Source: a virus
Lineage: Duplodnaviria; Heunggongvirae; Uroviricota; Caudoviricetes
Strand: one strand, 5' to 3'
IMG/VR virus record: IMGVR_UViG_2654587540_000005
Length of the DNA stretch: 44,661 nucleotides
Within the stretch, counting starts at the first letter, position 1, and each line of letters starts with the position of its first letter. Position numbers and translations under genes: made by a program. The notes under the pieces were generated by a model. That model ran no database searches. It saw only the letters and a list, made by a program, of their open reading frames with translations, and was not told the origin of the DNA. This document shows positions 25,483 to 38,599 of the stretch, one piece after another.

Positions 25483-27648
25483 ATGGCCGACGAAAACAGA
25501 CTCAATTCCATTCTGTGTAAGTTTGACGCAGACTGGATGGCGAGCGATGAAGCCAGAACCGAGGCGACAAATGACCTGTATTTTAGCCGAGTGTCGCAAT
25601 GGGATGACTGGCTATCAAACTACACTACCCTGCAATATCGCGGACAATTCGATGTTGTTCGCCCGGTGGTCAGGAAGCTGGTCGCAGAGATGCGCCGTAA
25701 CCCTATCGACGTTCTATTCAGACCAAAAGACGGCGCTAATCCTGATGCAGCCGATGTGTTGATGGGGATGTATCGTACTGATATGCGCCATAACACGGCA
25801 AAAGTTGCCGTTAACGTTGGCGTTCGTGAGCAGATAGAGTCCGGCGTTGGTGCATGGCGTCTGGTCACGCAGTACGAAGACAACGACCCAACAAGCAACA
25901 ATCAGGTAATCCGACGCCTGCCAATCCATGAAGCCTGCTCACACGTCATATGGGACGCAAACAGCAAGCAGATGGATAAGAGCGACGCTAAGCACTGCAC
26001 GGTGATTAACGCCTTGTCGCGCAATGGCTGGAAAGAGTTCGCAGAGGATTACGGTATTGATCCGGACACCTTGCCATCTTTCCAGAATCCAAACGATACA
26101 TGGCTGTTTCCGTGGGTATCGAATGATGTAGTCTACGTCGCTGAGTATTACGAGGTCGAAGAGAAGAAAGAGAAAGTCTTCATCTACCGCGACCCGCTGA
26201 CAGGTGAGCCGGTCAGCTATTACCAGCAGGATATCAAAGACGTCATCGACGACCTGGCTAATCGTGGATTCATTAAGGTAGCAGAGCGCAAGGTGAAGCG
26301 TCGGCGTGTGTATAAGTCGATCATCACCTGCACGCAGATACTGAAAGACCGCGAGAAGATAGCTGGAGAGCATATCCCAATCGTTCCTGTGTATGGCGAA
26401 TGGTCATTCGCTGGTGACAAGGAGTGCTACGAGGGCGTGGTAAGGCTGACGAAAGACGGTCAACGCCTTCGTAACATGATCATGTCGTTCAACGCCGATA
26501 TTGTTGCTCGTTCACCGAAGAAGAAACCGACCTTCTTCCCTGAGCAAATCGAAGGCTACGAATACATGTACGGTGGAAATGATGACTATCCGTACTATCT
26601 GCAGAACAAGACCGATGAAAACGGTAACGACCTTCCGATTGGTCCAATATCCTACATGGAAAACCCTGAAGTGCCGCAAGCCAACGCTTACATGCTTGAG
26701 GCTGCCACCAACGCAGTGAAAGAGGTGGCTAGTCTTGGCGTGGATGCGCAGGCAGCAAACGGTCAGGTCGCTTTCGATACCGTCAATCAACTGAACATGC
26801 GGGCAGACCTTGAGACATACGTGTTTCAGGATAACCTGGCTACCGCAATGCGACGTGATGGCGAGATTTATGCCTCAATGGTCAACGATATTTATGACGT
26901 TCCTCGTCATGTAACGCTGACACTTGAAGATGGAAGCGAGAAAGATGTTCAACTCTATGCGCAAGTTGTCGATTACCAGTCCGGCAATGTGGTCACACTC
27001 AACGACATTCGCGGTCGCTATGAGTGCTATACAGACGTCGGACCATCCTTCCAGAGTATGAAGGAACAGAACCGCGCAGAGATTCAGGAGTTGCTAACCA
27101 AGGTTCCGCAAGGTACTCCAGAGTTCCAGATGCTGATGCTGCAATACTTCACGCTGCTTGACGGTAAAGGCGTCGAGATGATGCGAGAGTACGCGAACAA
27201 GCAACTGGTGATGATGGGGCTGAAGAAACCAGAAACACCTGAAGAGATGGAGATGGTACAGCAGGCACAACAACAGCCGCAGCAGCCATCAGCAGAGCAA
27301 ATTCAGGCGCAGGGTATCCTTCTGCAAGGTCAGGCTGAATTGCTCAAGGCAGAGAACCAACAGGCGCAGATTCAGGTTGAAGCCGCCAAGGTTGAAGCCC
27401 AAAACCAACTCAACGCCGCGAAGATTGCGGAAATCTTCAACAATATGGACCTCGACAAGCAGGCAGAACTGCGTGAGTACCTCAAGCTCGTAGGTCAATT
27501 CCAGCAACAGCGCAGCAAAGATGCTCGCGCTAACGCTGAGCTGCTTCTTAAAGATGCAGACCAGACTCATTCACAACGCATGGATTTCGCGAATCTTATG
27601 CGTCAAGTTCAAATCCCCTCCGGCGGAGTAGCCGAGACACCTCAATAA
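25483..27648 (+). CDS. Portal protein (P22 gp1-like)
   Basis: 721 aa; size and gene order as P22 gp1, with a glutamine-rich C-terminal barrel region. Confidence 0.85.
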   Translation: MADENRLNSILCKFDADWMASDEARTEATNDLYFSRVSQWDDWLSNYTTLQYRGQFDVVRPVVRKLVAEMRRNPIDVLFRPKDGANPDAADVLMGMYRTDMRHNTAKVAVNVGVREQIESGVGAWRLVTQYEDNDPTSNNQVIRRLPIHEACSHVIWDANSKQMDKSDAKHCTVINALSRNGWKEFAEDYGIDPDTLPSFQNPNDTWLFPWVSNDVVYVAEYYEVEEKKEKVFIYRDPLTGEPVSYYQQDIKDVIDDLANRGFIKVAERKVKRRRVYKSIITCTQILKDREKIAGEHIPIVPVYGEWSFAGDKECYEGVVRLTKDGQRLRNMIMSFNADIVARSPKKKPTFFPEQIEGYEYMYGGNDDYPYYLQNKTDENGNDLPIGPISYMENPEVPQANAYMLEAATNAVKEVASLGVDAQAANGQVAFDTVNQLNMRADLETYVFQDNLATAMRRDGEIYASMVNDIYDVPRHVTLTLEDGSEKDVQLYAQVVDYQSGNVVTLNDIRGRYECYTDVGPSFQSMKEQNRAEIQELLTKVPQGTPEFQMLMLQYFTLLDGKGVEMMREYANKQLVMMGLKKPETPEEMEMVQQAQQQPQQPSAEQIQAQGILLQGQAELLKAENQQAQIQVEAAKVEAQNQLNAAKIAEIFNNMDLDKQAELREYLKLVGQFQQQRSKDARANAELLLKDADQTHSQRMDFANLMRQVQIPSGGVAETPQ

Positions 27649-27661
27649 GAGAGAGTTAATC

Positions 27662-28573
27662 ATGAACCAAACCACCGACATTCAGGCTTCTGAAGAATTA
27701 ACCCTGCCCGGCAATCATGCAGCGGCATCTGCTGATGGCTTAGTTGTCGATAATGCCAACGACAACGCAGGTCAGGAAGGAGGCTTCGAGATTGTCCTGA
27801 AAGACGATGAGAAACCAAAACAAGACCCGGCAACTAATGCTGAATTTGCCCGTCGCCGCATCGAACGCAAACGCCAGCGTGAGCTTGAGCAGCAGATGGA
27901 AGCGGTTAAGCGTGGAGAATTGCCGGAGCACCTGCGGGTGAACCCTGAGTTACCAAAACAACCAGACCCTAACGATTATCTTTCCGAAGATGCACTGGCT
28001 AAGTACGACTATGACCAGAGCCGCGCACTGGCTGCCTTCCAGCAGGCAAACAGTGAATGGCAGATCAAGGCTATGGACGCACGAAGCCAGGCTGTCGCCG
28101 AGCAGGGTCGCAAAACTCAGGAGTTCACCCAGCAATCAGCGCAATACGTCGAGGCAGCCCGTAAGCACTACGACGCAGCGGAAAAGCTCAATATCCCTGA
28201 CTATCAGGAGAAAGAGGATGCATTCATGCAACTGGTGCCGCCAGCAGTCGGTGCCGACATCATGCGCCTCTTCCCGGAGAAATCCGCCGCTCTCATGTAT
28301 CACCTTGGTGCTAATCCTGAGAAAACACGCCAGTTGCTGGCGATGGACGGGCAATCCGCGCTGATTGAACTCACTCGACTGTCAGAACGTTTAACTCTCA
28401 AGCCTCGAGCCAAACCTGTTTCAGAAGCCCCGTTACCTGATGAACCCATTCAGGGACACGCTGTTGCTGCAAATATCTCTGCGATTGAAAAGCAGATGGA
28501 AGCGGCAGCAAACAAAGGGGATGTAGAGACATACCGCAAGCTCAAGGCGCAACTGAATAAAGGAATTCGATAA
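27662..28573 (+). CDS. Scaffolding protein (P22 gp8-like)
   Basis: 303 aa with long colinear identity to P22 gp8 (…[23 protein letters not shown]…[11 protein letters not shown]…). Confidence 0.85.
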   Translation: MNQTTDIQASEELTLPGNHAAASADGLVVDNANDNAGQEGGFEIVLKDDEKPKQDPATNAEFARRRIERKRQRELEQQMEAVKRGELPEHLRVNPELPKQPDPNDYLSEDALAKYDYDQSRALAAFQQANSEWQIKAMDARSQAVAEQGRKTQEFTQQSAQYVEAARKHYDAAEKLNIPDYQEKEDAFMQLVPPAVGADIMRLFPEKSAALMYHLGANPEKTRQLLAMDGQSALIELTRLSERLTLKPRAKPVSEAPLPDEPIQGHAVAANISAIEKQMEAAANKGDVETYRKLKAQLNKGIR

Positions 28574-29868
28574 TGGCATTAAATGAAGGTCAACTGGTCA
28601 CGTATGCTCTGGATGAAATCATCGAAACCGTCCAGAACCTGACGCCAATGGCGTCCAAAGTGACAAAATACACCCCTCCGGCAGAATCCATGCAGCGTTC
28701 AAGCAACACCGTGTGGATGCCTGTTGAGCAGGAAGCGCCAACCCAGACTGGCTGGGATTTAACTGGCAACGCAACCGGGATTCTGGAACTCTCCGTTAAA
28801 TGCAACATGGGCGATCCGGATAACGATTTCTTCGAGCTTCGTGCAGATGACCTGCGTGATGAGCGTTCTTACCGTCGCCGCATCCAGGCATCCGCCAAAA
28901 AACTGGCGAATAACATTGAGTCAGCAATTGCCAAACAGGCAACTGAAATGGGCTCGCTTGTTGTTCACGATACCCGCGCAATTGGTCCATCTACTGGCCT
29001 GTCTGGCTGGGATTTTGTGTCTGATGCAGAGCGCCTGATGTTCTCCCGTGAGCTAAACCGCGATATGGGCATCAGTTACTTCCTGAACCCTGACGATTAC
29101 CGCAAAGCAGGCCGCAACCTGGTAGATGGTGACATCTTTGGGCGCGTTCCTGAAGAAGCGTATCGCAACGGTACTATTCAGCGTCAGATTGCTGGCTTTG
29201 ATGAAATTCTTCGCTCACCGAAACTTCCGGCAGTTACCAAGTCAACCGCTACTGGTGTAACTGTTTCTGGTGCGCAGAAGTTTAAGCCGCAGGCATACAC
29301 CCTTGATACCGATGGTAACAAAGAGAACGTCGACAACCGTGTTGCAACGGTGACCGTATCCTCCACCACCGGATTTAAGCGCGGCGACAAAATCAGTTTC
29401 ACTGGTGTGAAATTCCTGTCTCAGATGGCGAAGAACGTGCTGACTGATGATGCTACTTTCTCAATCACCCGTGTGATCGATGGTACTCACATCGAAATCA
29501 CGCCGAAACCGATTGCACTGGATGACGCTTCACTGACAAAAGAAGAGAAGGCTTACGCTAACGTAAACACCTCTCTTGCTGATACCACTCCGGTAAACGT
29601 TCTGAACGTGGCAACAACCACCGCTAACGTGTTCTGGGCTGATGACTCAATCCGTCTGCTGTCTCAGCCGATCCCGGTAACCCATGAACTGTTTGCTGGC
29701 ATGAAAACGTCTTCCTTCAGCATTCCTGGTATTGGTGTTAACGGCATCTTCGCAACGCAGGGTGATATCAACACTCTGTCTGGTAAGTGCCGTATTGCTG
29801 TGTGGTATTCAGCATGTGCTGTACGGCCAGAGGCAATTGGTGTTGGTCTGCCTAACCAGACCGCGTGA
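28573..29868 (+). CDS. Major coat protein (P22 gp5-like)
   Basis: 431 aa, colinear with P22 coat protein (MALNEGQ.VT...DEIIET…[12 protein letters not shown]). Confidence 0.9.
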   Translation: MALNEGQLVTYALDEIIETVQNLTPMASKVTKYTPPAESMQRSSNTVWMPVEQEAPTQTGWDLTGNATGILELSVKCNMGDPDNDFFELRADDLRDERSYRRRIQASAKKLANNIESAIAKQATEMGSLVVHDTRAIGPSTGLSGWDFVSDAERLMFSRELNRDMGISYFLNPDDYRKAGRNLVDGDIFGRVPEEAYRNGTIQRQIAGFDEILRSPKLPAVTKSTATGVTVSGAQKFKPQAYTLDTDGNKENVDNRVATVTVSSTTGFKRGDKISFTGVKFLSQMAKNVLTDDATFSITRVIDGTHIEITPKPIALDDASLTKEEKAYANVNTSLADTTPVNVLNVATTTANVFWADDSIRLLSQPIPVTHELFAGMKTSSFSIPGIGVNGIFATQGDINTLSGKCRIAVWYSACAVRPEAIGVGLPNQTA

Positions 29869-29876
29869 TAACCAGA

Positions 29877-29898
29877 GGGAGCTTCGGCTCCCGTTTTT
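29877..29898 (+). terminator. Hairpin terminator downstream of the coat gene
   Basis: GGGAGC-TTCG-GCTCCC stem with a tetraloop, then G and TTTTT, 9 nt after the coat stop. Confidence 0.55.
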
Positions 29899-29912
29899 AT
29901 CTGGAGACAAGC

Positions 29913-30150
<238 letters not shown>

Positions 30151-30173
<23 letters not shown>

Positions 30174-30651
30174 TTTAGTCCTTGCGGCATTACGTAAGCT
30201 CGGTGTGGCATCAAATGCCACGTTAACCGATGTCGAACCGCAGTCTATGGAAGACGGCGTCAACGACCTTGAAATGATGATGGCTGAATGGCTTGGAGGT
30301 GATGCGTCACCTGGTATCAACGTTGGCTACATTTTCGCTGATGCAGATGTCGCTCCAGATCCGGGCGATGAGCACGGTTTATCAAATAACGCTATCAATG
30401 CTGTTATTTTCAACCTTGCCTGCCGCATTGCACCGGATTATGCGCTGGAAGCGCCTGCAAAACTTATAACCACTGCCAGATACGGGAAAGAGCGACTCGT
30501 CAAACTGTCTGCAATGGACAGAGCAAAAGCCGCTAAATGTAAGTCCGGTTATCCAAACCGTATGCCTGTTGGTAGCGGTAACCAGTTGGCGAAGTGGAAC
30601 GGTTGGAATTACTTCCACCGAAAGGAACCTTGCGATAACGGGAGCGAATAA
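30151..30651 (+). CDS. Head completion / tail adaptor protein (P22 gp4-like)
   Basis: ATG at 30151; the ORF-track start at 30052 runs through the repeat in the wrong frame. Matches the gp4 type (…[27 protein letters not shown]…). Confidence 0.8.
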
Positions 30652-32070
30652 ATGCCGATTCAGCAACTTCCGCTTATGAAAGGTGTCGGCAAAGACTTTA
30701 GAAACGCTGACTATATCGACTATCTGCCAGTGAATATGCTGGCTACACCCAAAGAAATACTCAACAGCAGCGGATATCTTCGCTCATTCCCGGGCATTGC
30801 CAAACGCTCTGATGTAAACGGTGTATCGCGCGGAGTCGAGTACAACATGGCGCAGAATGCTGTATATCGCGTGTGTGGCGGCAAGCTGTATAAGGGCGAA
30901 AGCGAGGTCGGTGATGTTGCCGGAAGTGGTCGCGTATCAATGGCACACGGTAGGACATCACAGGCAGTAGGCGTTAACGGTCAACTGGTCGAGTATCGCT
31001 ATGATGGCACGGTTAAAACCGTCTCAAACTGGCCTACAGACAGCGGATTCACGCAGTATGAGTTAGGCTCAGTCCGCGATATTACGCGCTTACGTGGGCG
31101 TTATGCGTGGTCAAAAGACGGAACTGATTCATGGTTTATCACTGACCTTGAAGACGAATCGCATCCTGACCGCTACAGCGCACAATATCGTGCCGAGTCG
31201 CAGCCGGACGGCATCATCGGTATCGGCACATGGCGAGACTTCATCGTCTGCTTTGGTTCATCGACGATTGAATATTTCTCCCTGACTGGTGCAACCACTG
31301 TTGGTGCCGCTTTGTATGTCGCACAGCCATCACTGATGGTGCAAAAAGGCATCGCCGGGACTTACTGCAAAACGCCGTTTGCTGATTCTTATGCATTCAT
31401 CAGCAATCCGGCAACAGGTGCGCCGTCTGTATATATCATCGGCTCCGGTCAGGTATCACCAATCGCCAGCGCGAGCATTGAGAAAATACTACGCTCCTAC
31501 ACTGCTGATGAACTGGCTGATGGCGTGATGGAATCGTTGCGGTTTGATGCTCATGAGTTGCTGATTATTCACCTGCCGCGCCATGTTCTTGTTTACGACG
31601 CATCTTCAAGCGCCAATGGTCCGCAATGGTGTGTGTTGAAAACAGGCCTGTATGACGATGTGTACCGCGCTATCGACTTCATTTACGAAGGCAATCAGAT
31701 AACGTGCGGCGATAAGCTGGAATCTGTTACCGGGAAATTGCAGTTCGATATCAGCAGCCAGTACGACAAGCAACAGGAACATCTGCTGTTTACCCCACTC
31801 TTCAAAGCAGATAACGCCAGAGTTTTCGACCTTGAGGTTGAATCGTCAACTGGCGTTGCGCAGTACGCCGACCGCCTTTTTCTCTCTGCGACCACTGACG
31901 GCATAAATTACGGGCGTGAACAGATGATTGAGCAGAATGAACCGTTCGTTTACGACAAACGCGTTTTGTGGAAGAAAGTGGGGCGCATCAGGAAAAATAT
32001 TGGCTTCAAATTGCGCGTTATCACGAAGTCACCTGTAACTCTGTCTGGCGCTCAGATAAGGATTGAGTAA
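30652..32070 (+). CDS. Tail hub protein (P22 gp10-like)
   Basis: 472 aa, the same length and position as P22 gp10. Confidence 0.8.
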   Translation: MPIQQLPLMKGVGKDFRNADYIDYLPVNMLATPKEILNSSGYLRSFPGIAKRSDVNGVSRGVEYNMAQNAVYRVCGGKLYKGESEVGDVAGSGRVSMAHGRTSQAVGVNGQLVEYRYDGTVKTVSNWPTDSGFTQYELGSVRDITRLRGRYAWSKDGTDSWFITDLEDESHPDRYSAQYRAESQPDGIIGIGTWRDFIVCFGSSTIEYFSLTGATTVGAALYVAQPSLMVQKGIAGTYCKTPFADSYAFISNPATGAPSVYIIGSGQVSPIASASIEKILRSYTADELADGVMESLRFDAHELLIIHLPRHVLVYDASSSANGPQWCVLKTGLYDDVYRAIDFIYEGNQITCGDKLESVTGKLQFDISSQYDKQQEHLLFTPLFKADNARVFDLEVESSTGVAQYADRLFLSATTDGINYGREQMIEQNEPFVYDKRVLWKKVGRIRKNIGFKLRVITKSPVTLSGAQIRIE

Positions 32071-32918
32071 TGGCGGATTCGAATCTCAATGTGCCGGTAA
32101 TCATTCAGGCTACACGACTCGACACATCAGTCCTTCCGCGTAATATCTTCTCGCAGTCATATCTGCTGTACGTTATTGCACAGGGTACTGATGTTGGTAA
32201 TGTGGCTAACAAGGCCAACGAGGCCGGACAGGGCGCTTATGATGCACAGGTCAGGAACGATGAGCAGGATGTGATTCTCGCTGACCATGAGCAGCGAATT
32301 TCTGCTGCGGAAGCAACACTTGTTAATCATGAGGAGCGAATCAGCCAGGCAGAATCAACTCTTCAGGAACATGAAACACGAATAGCTCAGAATGAAAGCG
32401 ATATTGCGTCGCTTGATACCAGAGTTCAGTCGCTGGAATCGCAGGTTTCAGACCATGAAACGCGCATCGATGCTCTGGAGTATGCCACTACTCGCAAGAA
32501 GTCAGAGGTTGTTTACTCTGGCGTATCTGTAACCATCCCGACAGCGCCGACCAACCTTGTTAGCCTGCTGAAAACGCTAACGCCGTCATCCGGCACGTTG
32601 GCACCATTCTTCGACACCGTTAACAACAAGATGGTTGTGTTCAACGAGAACAAAACCTTGTTCTTCAAGCTGTCGATCGTCGGGACGTGGCCCAGCGGAA
32701 CCGCCAACAGGTCAATGCAGCTAACCTTTTCCGGCTCTGTTCCTGACACACTGGTCAGCAGTCGTAATGCGGCGACAACAACCGACAACATCCTGTTAGC
32801 GACGTTCTTCAGCGTGGATAAAGACGGCTTTCTTGCCACAAATGGCAGTACGTTAACCATTCAGTCTAATGGTGCGGCGTTTACTGCCACAACCATCAAA
32901 ATCATTGCGGAGCAGTGA
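32070..32918 (+). CDS. Tail needle protein (gp26-like, with C-terminal knob)
   Basis: N-terminal gp10-binding region, heptad-repeat coiled coil (…[36 protein letters not shown]…) and an extra C-terminal domain. Confidence 0.8.
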   Translation: MADSNLNVPVIIQATRLDTSVLPRNIFSQSYLLYVIAQGTDVGNVANKANEAGQGAYDAQVRNDEQDVILADHEQRISAAEATLVNHEERISQAESTLQEHETRIAQNESDIASLDTRVQSLESQVSDHETRIDALEYATTRKKSEVVYSGVSVTIPTAPTNLVSLLKTLTPSSGTLAPFFDTVNNKMVVFNENKTLFFKLSIVGTWPSGTANRSMQLTFSGSVPDTLVSSRNAATTTDNILLATFFSVDKDGFLATNGSTLTIQSNGAAFTATTIKIIAEQ

Positions 32919-33385
32919 TGGAAATAAAGCTCATCGATAATCCGGTGAAGCTTGCAGAATTCCTCAACAACCCGGCAAACACGGGAAATATCGTAGATAG
33001 TGGAGACAAATACTACATCAAGCCTGATGCGGTATACCTCGGCATGTACGAAGGATTAGTGCTGGCTGGCGTTCATGAAGTGCGTAACTTCTGGCATAGC
33101 GTTGTTGAATGCCATGCGGTGTACGACCCCGGATTCCGTGGTGAATATGCACTGCAAGGGCATCGATTATTCTGCAAATGGCTTCTCGAAAATTCACCAT
33201 TCCTTAACAGCATCACTATGGTTCCTGACACCACGAAATACGGACGGGCAATTATCCGTTTGCTTGGCGCTACCCGTGTTGGTCACCTTGATGATGCGTA
33301 CATGAGTAACGGAAAACCGGTAGGAATCACCCTCTATCAATTACCTCGTTCGAAATATGAGGAGCTATTAAATGTTAGTACTTAG
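32918..33385 (+). CDS. gp14-position head completion protein
   Basis: Assigned by P22 gene order (4-10-26-14-7-20-16). ATG at 32918 overlaps the gp26 stop; the ORF-track start is a GTG. Confidence 0.5.
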   Translation: MEIKLIDNPVKLAEFLNNPANTGNIVDSGDKYYIKPDAVYLGMYEGLVLAGVHEVRNFWHSVVECHAVYDPGFRGEYALQGHRLFCKWLLENSPFLNSITMVPDTTKYGRAIIRLLGATRVGHLDDAYMSNGKPVGITLYQLPRSKYEELLNVST

Positions 33386-34052
33386 CGAAAGCTTCAAGAA
33401 TAAATTGCTTCCCATGAATGGGTATATGAAAGGCGGCAGCGACTCCGGATCTAAAGCCCAGGCACGCGCAACTGAAAAGGGCATCGAACTGCAGCGTGAA
33501 ATGTGGCAGACGAACATGCAAAACCTTGCACCGTTCACGCCACTCGCTCAGCAGTACGTATCACAGTTGCAGAATCTTTCCTCTCTTCAGGGGCAAGGTC
33601 AGGCGCTTAACCAGTATTACAACTCCCAGCAGTATAAAGACCTTGCAGGGCAGGCGCGTTACCAGAGTCTGGCAGCAGCAGAGGCAACGGGTGGATTAGG
33701 CTCTACAGCAACAGGAAACCAGTTAGCAGCAATCGCACCTACACTCGGTCAAAACTGGCTGTCAGGTCAGATGAACAACTACAACAATCTGGCAAATATC
33801 GGCCTTGGTGCTCTTACAGGTCAGGCAAACGCCGGACAGAACTACGCTAACAACGTGAGCCAATTGTATCAACAGCAGGCGGCAGCATCTGCGGCGAATG
33901 CTAACCGACCATCAGGACTGCAATCAGCCTTGGGAGGTGCCATGAGCGGTGCGGCATCAGGGGCGATGATTGGCTCTGTGGTGCCAGGAATAGGTACGGC
34001 TGTTGGCGCTATTGGTGGCGGCATTATCGGTGGTCTTGGATCATTGTTTTAA
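33372..34052 (+). CDS. Ejection protein (P22 gp7-like)
   Basis: 226 aa, glutamine/alanine/glycine-rich, in the P22 gp7 position. Confidence 0.7.
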   Translation: MLVLSESFKNKLLPMNGYMKGGSDSGSKAQARATEKGIELQREMWQTNMQNLAPFTPLAQQYVSQLQNLSSLQGQGQALNQYYNSQQYKDLAGQARYQSLAAAEATGGLGSTATGNQLAAIAPTLGQNWLSGQMNNYNNLANIGLGALTGQANAGQNYANNVSQLYQQQAAASAANANRPSGLQSALGGAMSGAASGAMIGSVVPGIGTAVGAIGGGIIGGLGSLF

Positions 34053-34061
34053 GGTGGGAAT

Positions 34062-35336
34062 ATGGCTACTTGGCAACAAGGAATCAACTCAGGCGGTTTT
34101 CTTGCTGGCATCGGTGCGCAAAATGAGAATGCGCCAAAGGCAAGCGACATTAACGCAACGCTTGGTCTGATCCGCGAAAACAATGAACTGGCTCGCTCAG
34201 GTGCAAATAACGTTGGTCTGACCGCGTTACGTGGTCTGGCTGGAGTTGCTGATATTTATAAGCAGGAACAGCAACAGAAAGCGATTAATGCGTTCAATAA
34301 GGTTCATGCTGATGCATGGGCTTCTGGTGAACCATCGGGACTATTTAAGTTTGCCCAGGAAAATCCAGCGTTTGTTGCACAGGCACAACAGGCGTTTTCC
34401 GGTCTTAATGATCAGCAACGCAACGATATGGGCGATTTAGCCATGAGGGCTAACGTCGCTCTTTCTCAGGGACCGGAAGCCTACAGCAAATTCATTACTG
34501 ACAACAAGGACAGGTTAAATCGCGTTGGTGCTAATGCTGACTGGATGATTCAGACAGGTATCCAGAATCCAGAGCAGCTATCACACATGCTGACTACTAT
34601 GTCTCTCGGTGCGATTGGACCAGAAAAGGCGTTTGCTGTTCAGGATAAGATGGTTGGTCGCCAGCAGGATCAGCAAAAAATTAACGAAACAATCCGTAAT
34701 AATGACATGACAAATGCCAGAGGGTGGGCAAGCAACAATATTGCGCAACAAAATGTCAATCTTCGTCGGATGGAATTAGAGGACAAGAAATACGACAGAC
34801 TCATCGCAAATGAAACTAATGCCTTAAAACTTGCTGAATTGCAGGACAAGAGATTGCAGAATCAGCAAGCTATGGAGCAGGCAAAGCGAGATAAGGCTGA
34901 TGCGTACAACTCTGGAATGGATAATCTTTCCAGAACGATAGAGACGGCTACAAAAGTTCTTAATAGCCCGGGTTTCACGGGATATTTCGGAACAAACCTA
35001 AACCCACTATCGAGTAGATTCATTCCAGGAACAGAGGCTGCTGATACAGAAACTCTGGTTGACACGCTGAAATCTCAGGGATTCTTATCTGGCATTCAGC
35101 AGATGAAAGGGATGGGGGCTTTAAGTAATGCCGAGGGGCAAAAGGTAATGGATGCTATTGGTAGTTTGTCCCCAAATCAGTCTGAAAAATCAGCCAGAGC
35201 AGCTATCAAAACAATCATAAAAACCACTGAGATGGCTCAGAAACGTATGCAACAGAAATACGGGAAGGACATACAACCGTCTCAACAGCAGCTTTCTGAT
35301 GATGACCTGATTAATAAATATCTCGGAGGGCAGTAA
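34062..35336 (+). CDS. Ejection protein (P22 gp20-like)
   Basis: 424 aa in the gp20 position. Confidence 0.65.
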   Translation: MATWQQGINSGGFLAGIGAQNENAPKASDINATLGLIRENNELARSGANNVGLTALRGLAGVADIYKQEQQQKAINAFNKVHADAWASGEPSGLFKFAQENPAFVAQAQQAFSGLNDQQRNDMGDLAMRANVALSQGPEAYSKFITDNKDRLNRVGANADWMIQTGIQNPEQLSHMLTTMSLGAIGPEKAFAVQDKMVGRQQDQQKINETIRNNDMTNARGWASNNIAQQNVNLRRMELEDKKYDRLIANETNALKLAELQDKRLQNQQAMEQAKRDKADAYNSGMDNLSRTIETATKVLNSPGFTGYFGTNLNPLSSRFIPGTEAADTETLVDTLKSQGFLSGIQQMKGMGALSNAEGQKVMDAIGSLSPNQSEKSARAAIKTIIKTTEMAQKRMQQKYGKDIQPSQQQLSDDDLINKYLGGQ

Positions 35337-37447
35337 TGGCCTATAGTCGTGAACAGTTGATGACGGCGTTAAGGAATGCTGATGCTGCCGGTGATACTGA
35401 GGGAGCACGTCGCATTGCTCAGATGCTGTCTTCTGATGATCAATCCACTCAAAACCAATCGCAGCCAGAAGAACAATCTCTGGTAGGAAAAGCTACTGAC
35501 TGGCTCACTGGTGGTCAAAGTGCAGGGCAAATTGCAGAACAGGCTGGTCGTGGTCTGGTAAACATACCATTTGACGTATTGCAGGGTGGCGCAAGTCTGA
35601 TTAATGCAATCAGCCAGGGGCTTGGTGGTCCAAAGGTTTTGGATGATGTTTATCGCCCTGTCGATCGACCTACAGACCCTTACGCGCAAGCCGGTGAAAC
35701 AATTGGTGGGTATCTCCTGCCAATTGGCACAGCGGCAAAAGCTGTTGGAGCGACAGCAAAGCTCGCTGGAGATATCGGTTCCGCAGGAAACATGATTGCA
35801 GGTTCTCTTGCTGATGCTGCAAATCAGGAGGGCGACTTTGCACAAAATGCTGCCATTAACGGTGGTATCAATATTGGTGCTCAAGGCGTTCTTTCAGGTG
35901 TCGGGCGCGTTATTGCGCCAAGAGTTTCACAGGCTCTTGGTGGTGCAGCACTGAATTCTGCTAATGATGTTTCCAGAATGGCAAAGTCAGGTGCTGGGCG
36001 TCAGTCAATTGCCAGTCAGGCCGCTAATGTGTCCGAAGATGTAGCAAAAGCGGCTGAGTCTGCTGGAATTGATATAAACGCATTAACACCAGGAATGCGA
36101 TCTGGAAGTCGTGGAATTGCACAAGCCGAAGGCGCATTGGCATCAACACCAGGAATTGTTCAGGATGCCCATCAGGCAGCATTTAACGAAATATCATCAA
36201 AGTTAAGTCGAAACCTTGATGAATTTGGGGCCGCATCTGGAACGGCATCAGAAAAAAGTGCGGCTATAAAACAAAGGATTCTTCAAAATCTTGATCAGAT
36301 GAAGGATGCCGAGCGCGCGGCATGGGATGACGTGCGGTCAACAATGCCAAATCAAAAAGCAAGAATGCTAAATGGTAATGCCGTTATTCAGGCAGAGCGA
36401 TCTGCTGGCATACCGCTTACTCCTGAAATGAAACAGTTTGTTCAGGCAAACAATCAAGGTGGAGTAACATTTGATGGCATGAAAGCATGGAGAGCGAAAT
36501 TTGCTGATGCTGAGCAAAAATATAAGCGTAGCGGAGAGGCAAATGCGGCAAGGAGAGCAGGGGAAATACGCCGGGCAATTACTGATGATATGCGCACAAT
36601 GGCGGAAAACGGCGGATTTCTTGATGACTGGCAAAAAGCTAATGATCTGTCTAAAGCGAGGCTATCCGCACAAGAGAGTGCAGAGTCTGTTTTTGGGCGT
36701 GATTTGGCAACAGATGCACTGATTACGAATGGAGTAAAATCTCTTCAATCATCGTCAGCTAAAGGTCTTAATGGTCCTGCTGGATTCCATTCTATGATCC
36801 GCGCGCTGCCAGAATCAGAGCGTGTTCCTGCTATATCATCAATGTTGCAGGATGCTATCTCGCATGGTGTACGTGGTGGCAAATCTGATGCAGCAGGAAT
36901 TAACCATATCGCAGGGATACTTACCCCACAAAATGTAAAAGCCATTAGCAGATATTCCTCAGAACTTGGAAGAATTGCTGATGCATATGGCACTCTTGCA
37001 AGAGCGGCAGTGAAGCCTCAGCAGTATATTGAAAGAACAGGGAGAACAGCCAATGTTCTACGTGATCTTGACGCTGGTTTATCCAACGTTACCTCAACAG
37101 TATTAAATGCAATTGCAAACTCAACGTCGGGTGCCATTGTTGGTGGAGCAGGTGGGGGCATTGCAGGCGCGGCCGCAGGTGCTTTAGTTGGCGCCGGGTT
37201 AAAAGGTGCTGTATCTAAAATTGCCACCACGCGTAGCGGTCGATATGCGATAGAGAAAGCAGTTCAGGAAGCCACGAAAGCAGTAAGAGCTGGCGGAAGT
37301 AAAGAAGCATTAGCGGCGGCGGAACGCAGATTTATGGCAAATAAAGCCGCCGTAAAAGCAATACGTGATGCAGTTGGAAACGAAGAGTTCAATCGCTTAG
37401 CGAGGGCTGGCATTGTAGCGTCGCTAAGCGGAATAGCACAGGAGTAA
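35336..37447 (+). CDS. Ejection protein (P22 gp16-like)
   Basis: 703 aa in the gp16 position, glycine/alanine-rich. Confidence 0.65.
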   Translation: MAYSREQLMTALRNADAAGDTEGARRIAQMLSSDDQSTQNQSQPEEQSLVGKATDWLTGGQSAGQIAEQAGRGLVNIPFDVLQGGASLINAISQGLGGPKVLDDVYRPVDRPTDPYAQAGETIGGYLLPIGTAAKAVGATAKLAGDIGSAGNMIAGSLADAANQEGDFAQNAAINGGINIGAQGVLSGVGRVIAPRVSQALGGAALNSANDVSRMAKSGAGRQSIASQAANVSEDVAKAAESAGIDINALTPGMRSGSRGIAQAEGALASTPGIVQDAHQAAFNEISSKLSRNLDEFGAASGTASEKSAAIKQRILQNLDQMKDAERAAWDDVRSTMPNQKARMLNGNAVIQAERSAGIPLTPEMKQFVQANNQGGVTFDGMKAWRAKFADAEQKYKRSGEANAARRAGEIRRAITDDMRTMAENGGFLDDWQKANDLSKARLSAQESAESVFGRDLATDALITNGVKSLQSSSAKGLNGPAGFHSMIRALPESERVPAISSMLQDAISHGVRGGKSDAAGINHIAGILTPQNVKAISRYSSELGRIADAYGTLARAAVKPQQYIERTGRTANVLRDLDAGLSNVTSTVLNAIANSTSGAIVGGAGGGIAGAAAGALVGAGLKGAVSKIATTRSGRYAIEKAVQEATKAVRAGGSKEALAAAERRFMANKAAVKAIRDAVGNEEFNRLARAGIVASLSGIAQE

Positions 37448-37771
37448 TTAATCATCCATGGATGGATTGAGCTTATCTCGTGTTGATGTGGCGATTTGTC
37501 CTACATTCCTAAGCCAAGATTTCAAATCCTTGATATTGTCATTGATTTCATGAATATCTTCTTTTTTTAGTCTGTTAATATTATTCTCAATAATTTCAAT
37601 GGATTGCTCAATATCAGATATAGTGAATGATAGTTTGTTCTTCTCATCTTTTATTGAGTTTTTAAGTGCTTCGTTCTCAGTCTTGAGGTCAGATATCTTT
37701 TGTTTTAAAGATGCCAGTTGGTACTGAACCACAATGAGTGCGATAGCTATCACGATAACTGTTGTATACAC
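37448..37771 (-). CDS. Membrane-anchored coiled-coil protein (moron at the sieA position)
   Basis: GTG start at 37771 with an AAGGAGG RBS; N-terminal TM helix (TTVIVIAIALIVV) then a lysine/glutamate-rich coiled coil. AT-rich; converges on the gp16 stop with no gap. Confidence 0.55.
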   Translation of the reverse strand: MYTTVIVIAIALIVVQYQLASLKQKISDLKTENEALKNSIKDEKNKLSFTISDIEQSIEIIENNINRLKKEDIHEINDNIKDLKSWLRNVGQIATSTRDKLNPSMDD

Positions 37772-37889
37772 ACCAACCTCCTTAGTTTTGAGCAGGATAC
37801 CATGAAAAAAGTAAACATCTTTTGCCTACTTCACATTTGAATGGTTTGTCATTAGGATGTTTCCGGTTTTTTCAAATATGGAAATTGAT

Positions 37890-38309
37890 ATGAAGAGGAT
37901 TATCGGCGTTGTTGCTGGCGCTATATTGTTATCTGGGTGCGCAACTATTGTTGGTGACGAAACACAGCTCGTGCAAGTGAACAGCAATCCTTCCGGTGCG
38001 AGCTTTAAAGTAAAAGACGAATCAGGCGTGATTGTTGCGCAAGGCAAGACCCCGCAAGGAGTAACTCTTGCCAAGTCAGATGGTAGTTATTTTGGCAAAA
38101 AGAGCTACCAGATCACTATGGAAAAGGATGGGTACGAACCAGTTACCCTGCCAATCAAAGCCAATGCTAATGGTTGGTATATTGGTGGAAACCTTGTGTT
38201 TGGTGGGTTAATTGGTTGGCTTGCTGTAGATCCTTTTAATGGTGGGATGTATACCTTGAAGCCAAAAGAGGCAAACGCATCTCTTATACCATCAACAAAG
38301 CAAGACTAA
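37890..38309 (+). CDS. Lipoprotein (moron at the sieA position)
   Basis: ATG at 37890; signal peptide with lipobox (MKRIIGVVAGAILLSGC). AT-rich. Confidence 0.65.
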   Translation: MKRIIGVVAGAILLSGCATIVGDETQLVQVNSNPSGASFKVKDESGVIVAQGKTPQGVTLAKSDGSYFGKKSYQITMEKDGYEPVTLPIKANANGWYIGGNLVFGGLIGWLAVDPFNGGMYTLKPKEANASLIPSTKQD

Positions 38310-38318
38310 TAAATAGGA

Positions 38319-38340
38319 CCCACCTTCAGGTGGGTTTTTT
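38319..38340. terminator. Bidirectional hairpin terminator
   Basis: CCCACC-TTCAG-GTGGG followed by TTTTTT on the plus strand, overlapping the mnt stop on the minus strand. Confidence 0.55.
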
Positions 38341-38577
38341 GTACAAATCCTTCAGCGTATCAAACACCATCTTCTTAACAAGCTCTGACTGCTCATCAGC
38401 GAGTCGTTCTGCATCGTCGCGATATCCAGTCACAGGCGATGGTTTTGATAGAGCATCTTGGACGATTTGTAACAACTCGGAGTTCATTGATCTCCCATTC
38501 GCCTCCGCCCTGAATTTTAATTTCTCCCTTACTTCCATAGGCATACGGAAGTTAAAGTGCGGATCATCTCTAGCCAT
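38326..38577 (-). CDS. mnt: Mnt repressor (immI region)
   Basis: 83 aa (MARDDPHFNFRMPMEVREKLKFRAEANGRSMNSELLQIVQDAL...) matching P22 Mnt, a ribbon-helix-helix repressor. Confidence 0.85.
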   Translation of the reverse strand: MARDDPHFNFRMPMEVREKLKFRAEANGRSMNSELLQIVQDALSKPSPVTGYRDDAERLADEQSELVKKMVFDTLKDLYKKPT

Positions 38578-38599
38578 GCCATCACTCCAAGTTGGTGTA

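Noticed and set aside
25939-26373. 144-aa minus-strand ORF inside the portal gene, and similar antisense ORFs at 35369..35884 and 24655..24960
   Set aside because: All are embedded antisense in long structural genes that match P22 proteins by length and gene order; no independent signals.
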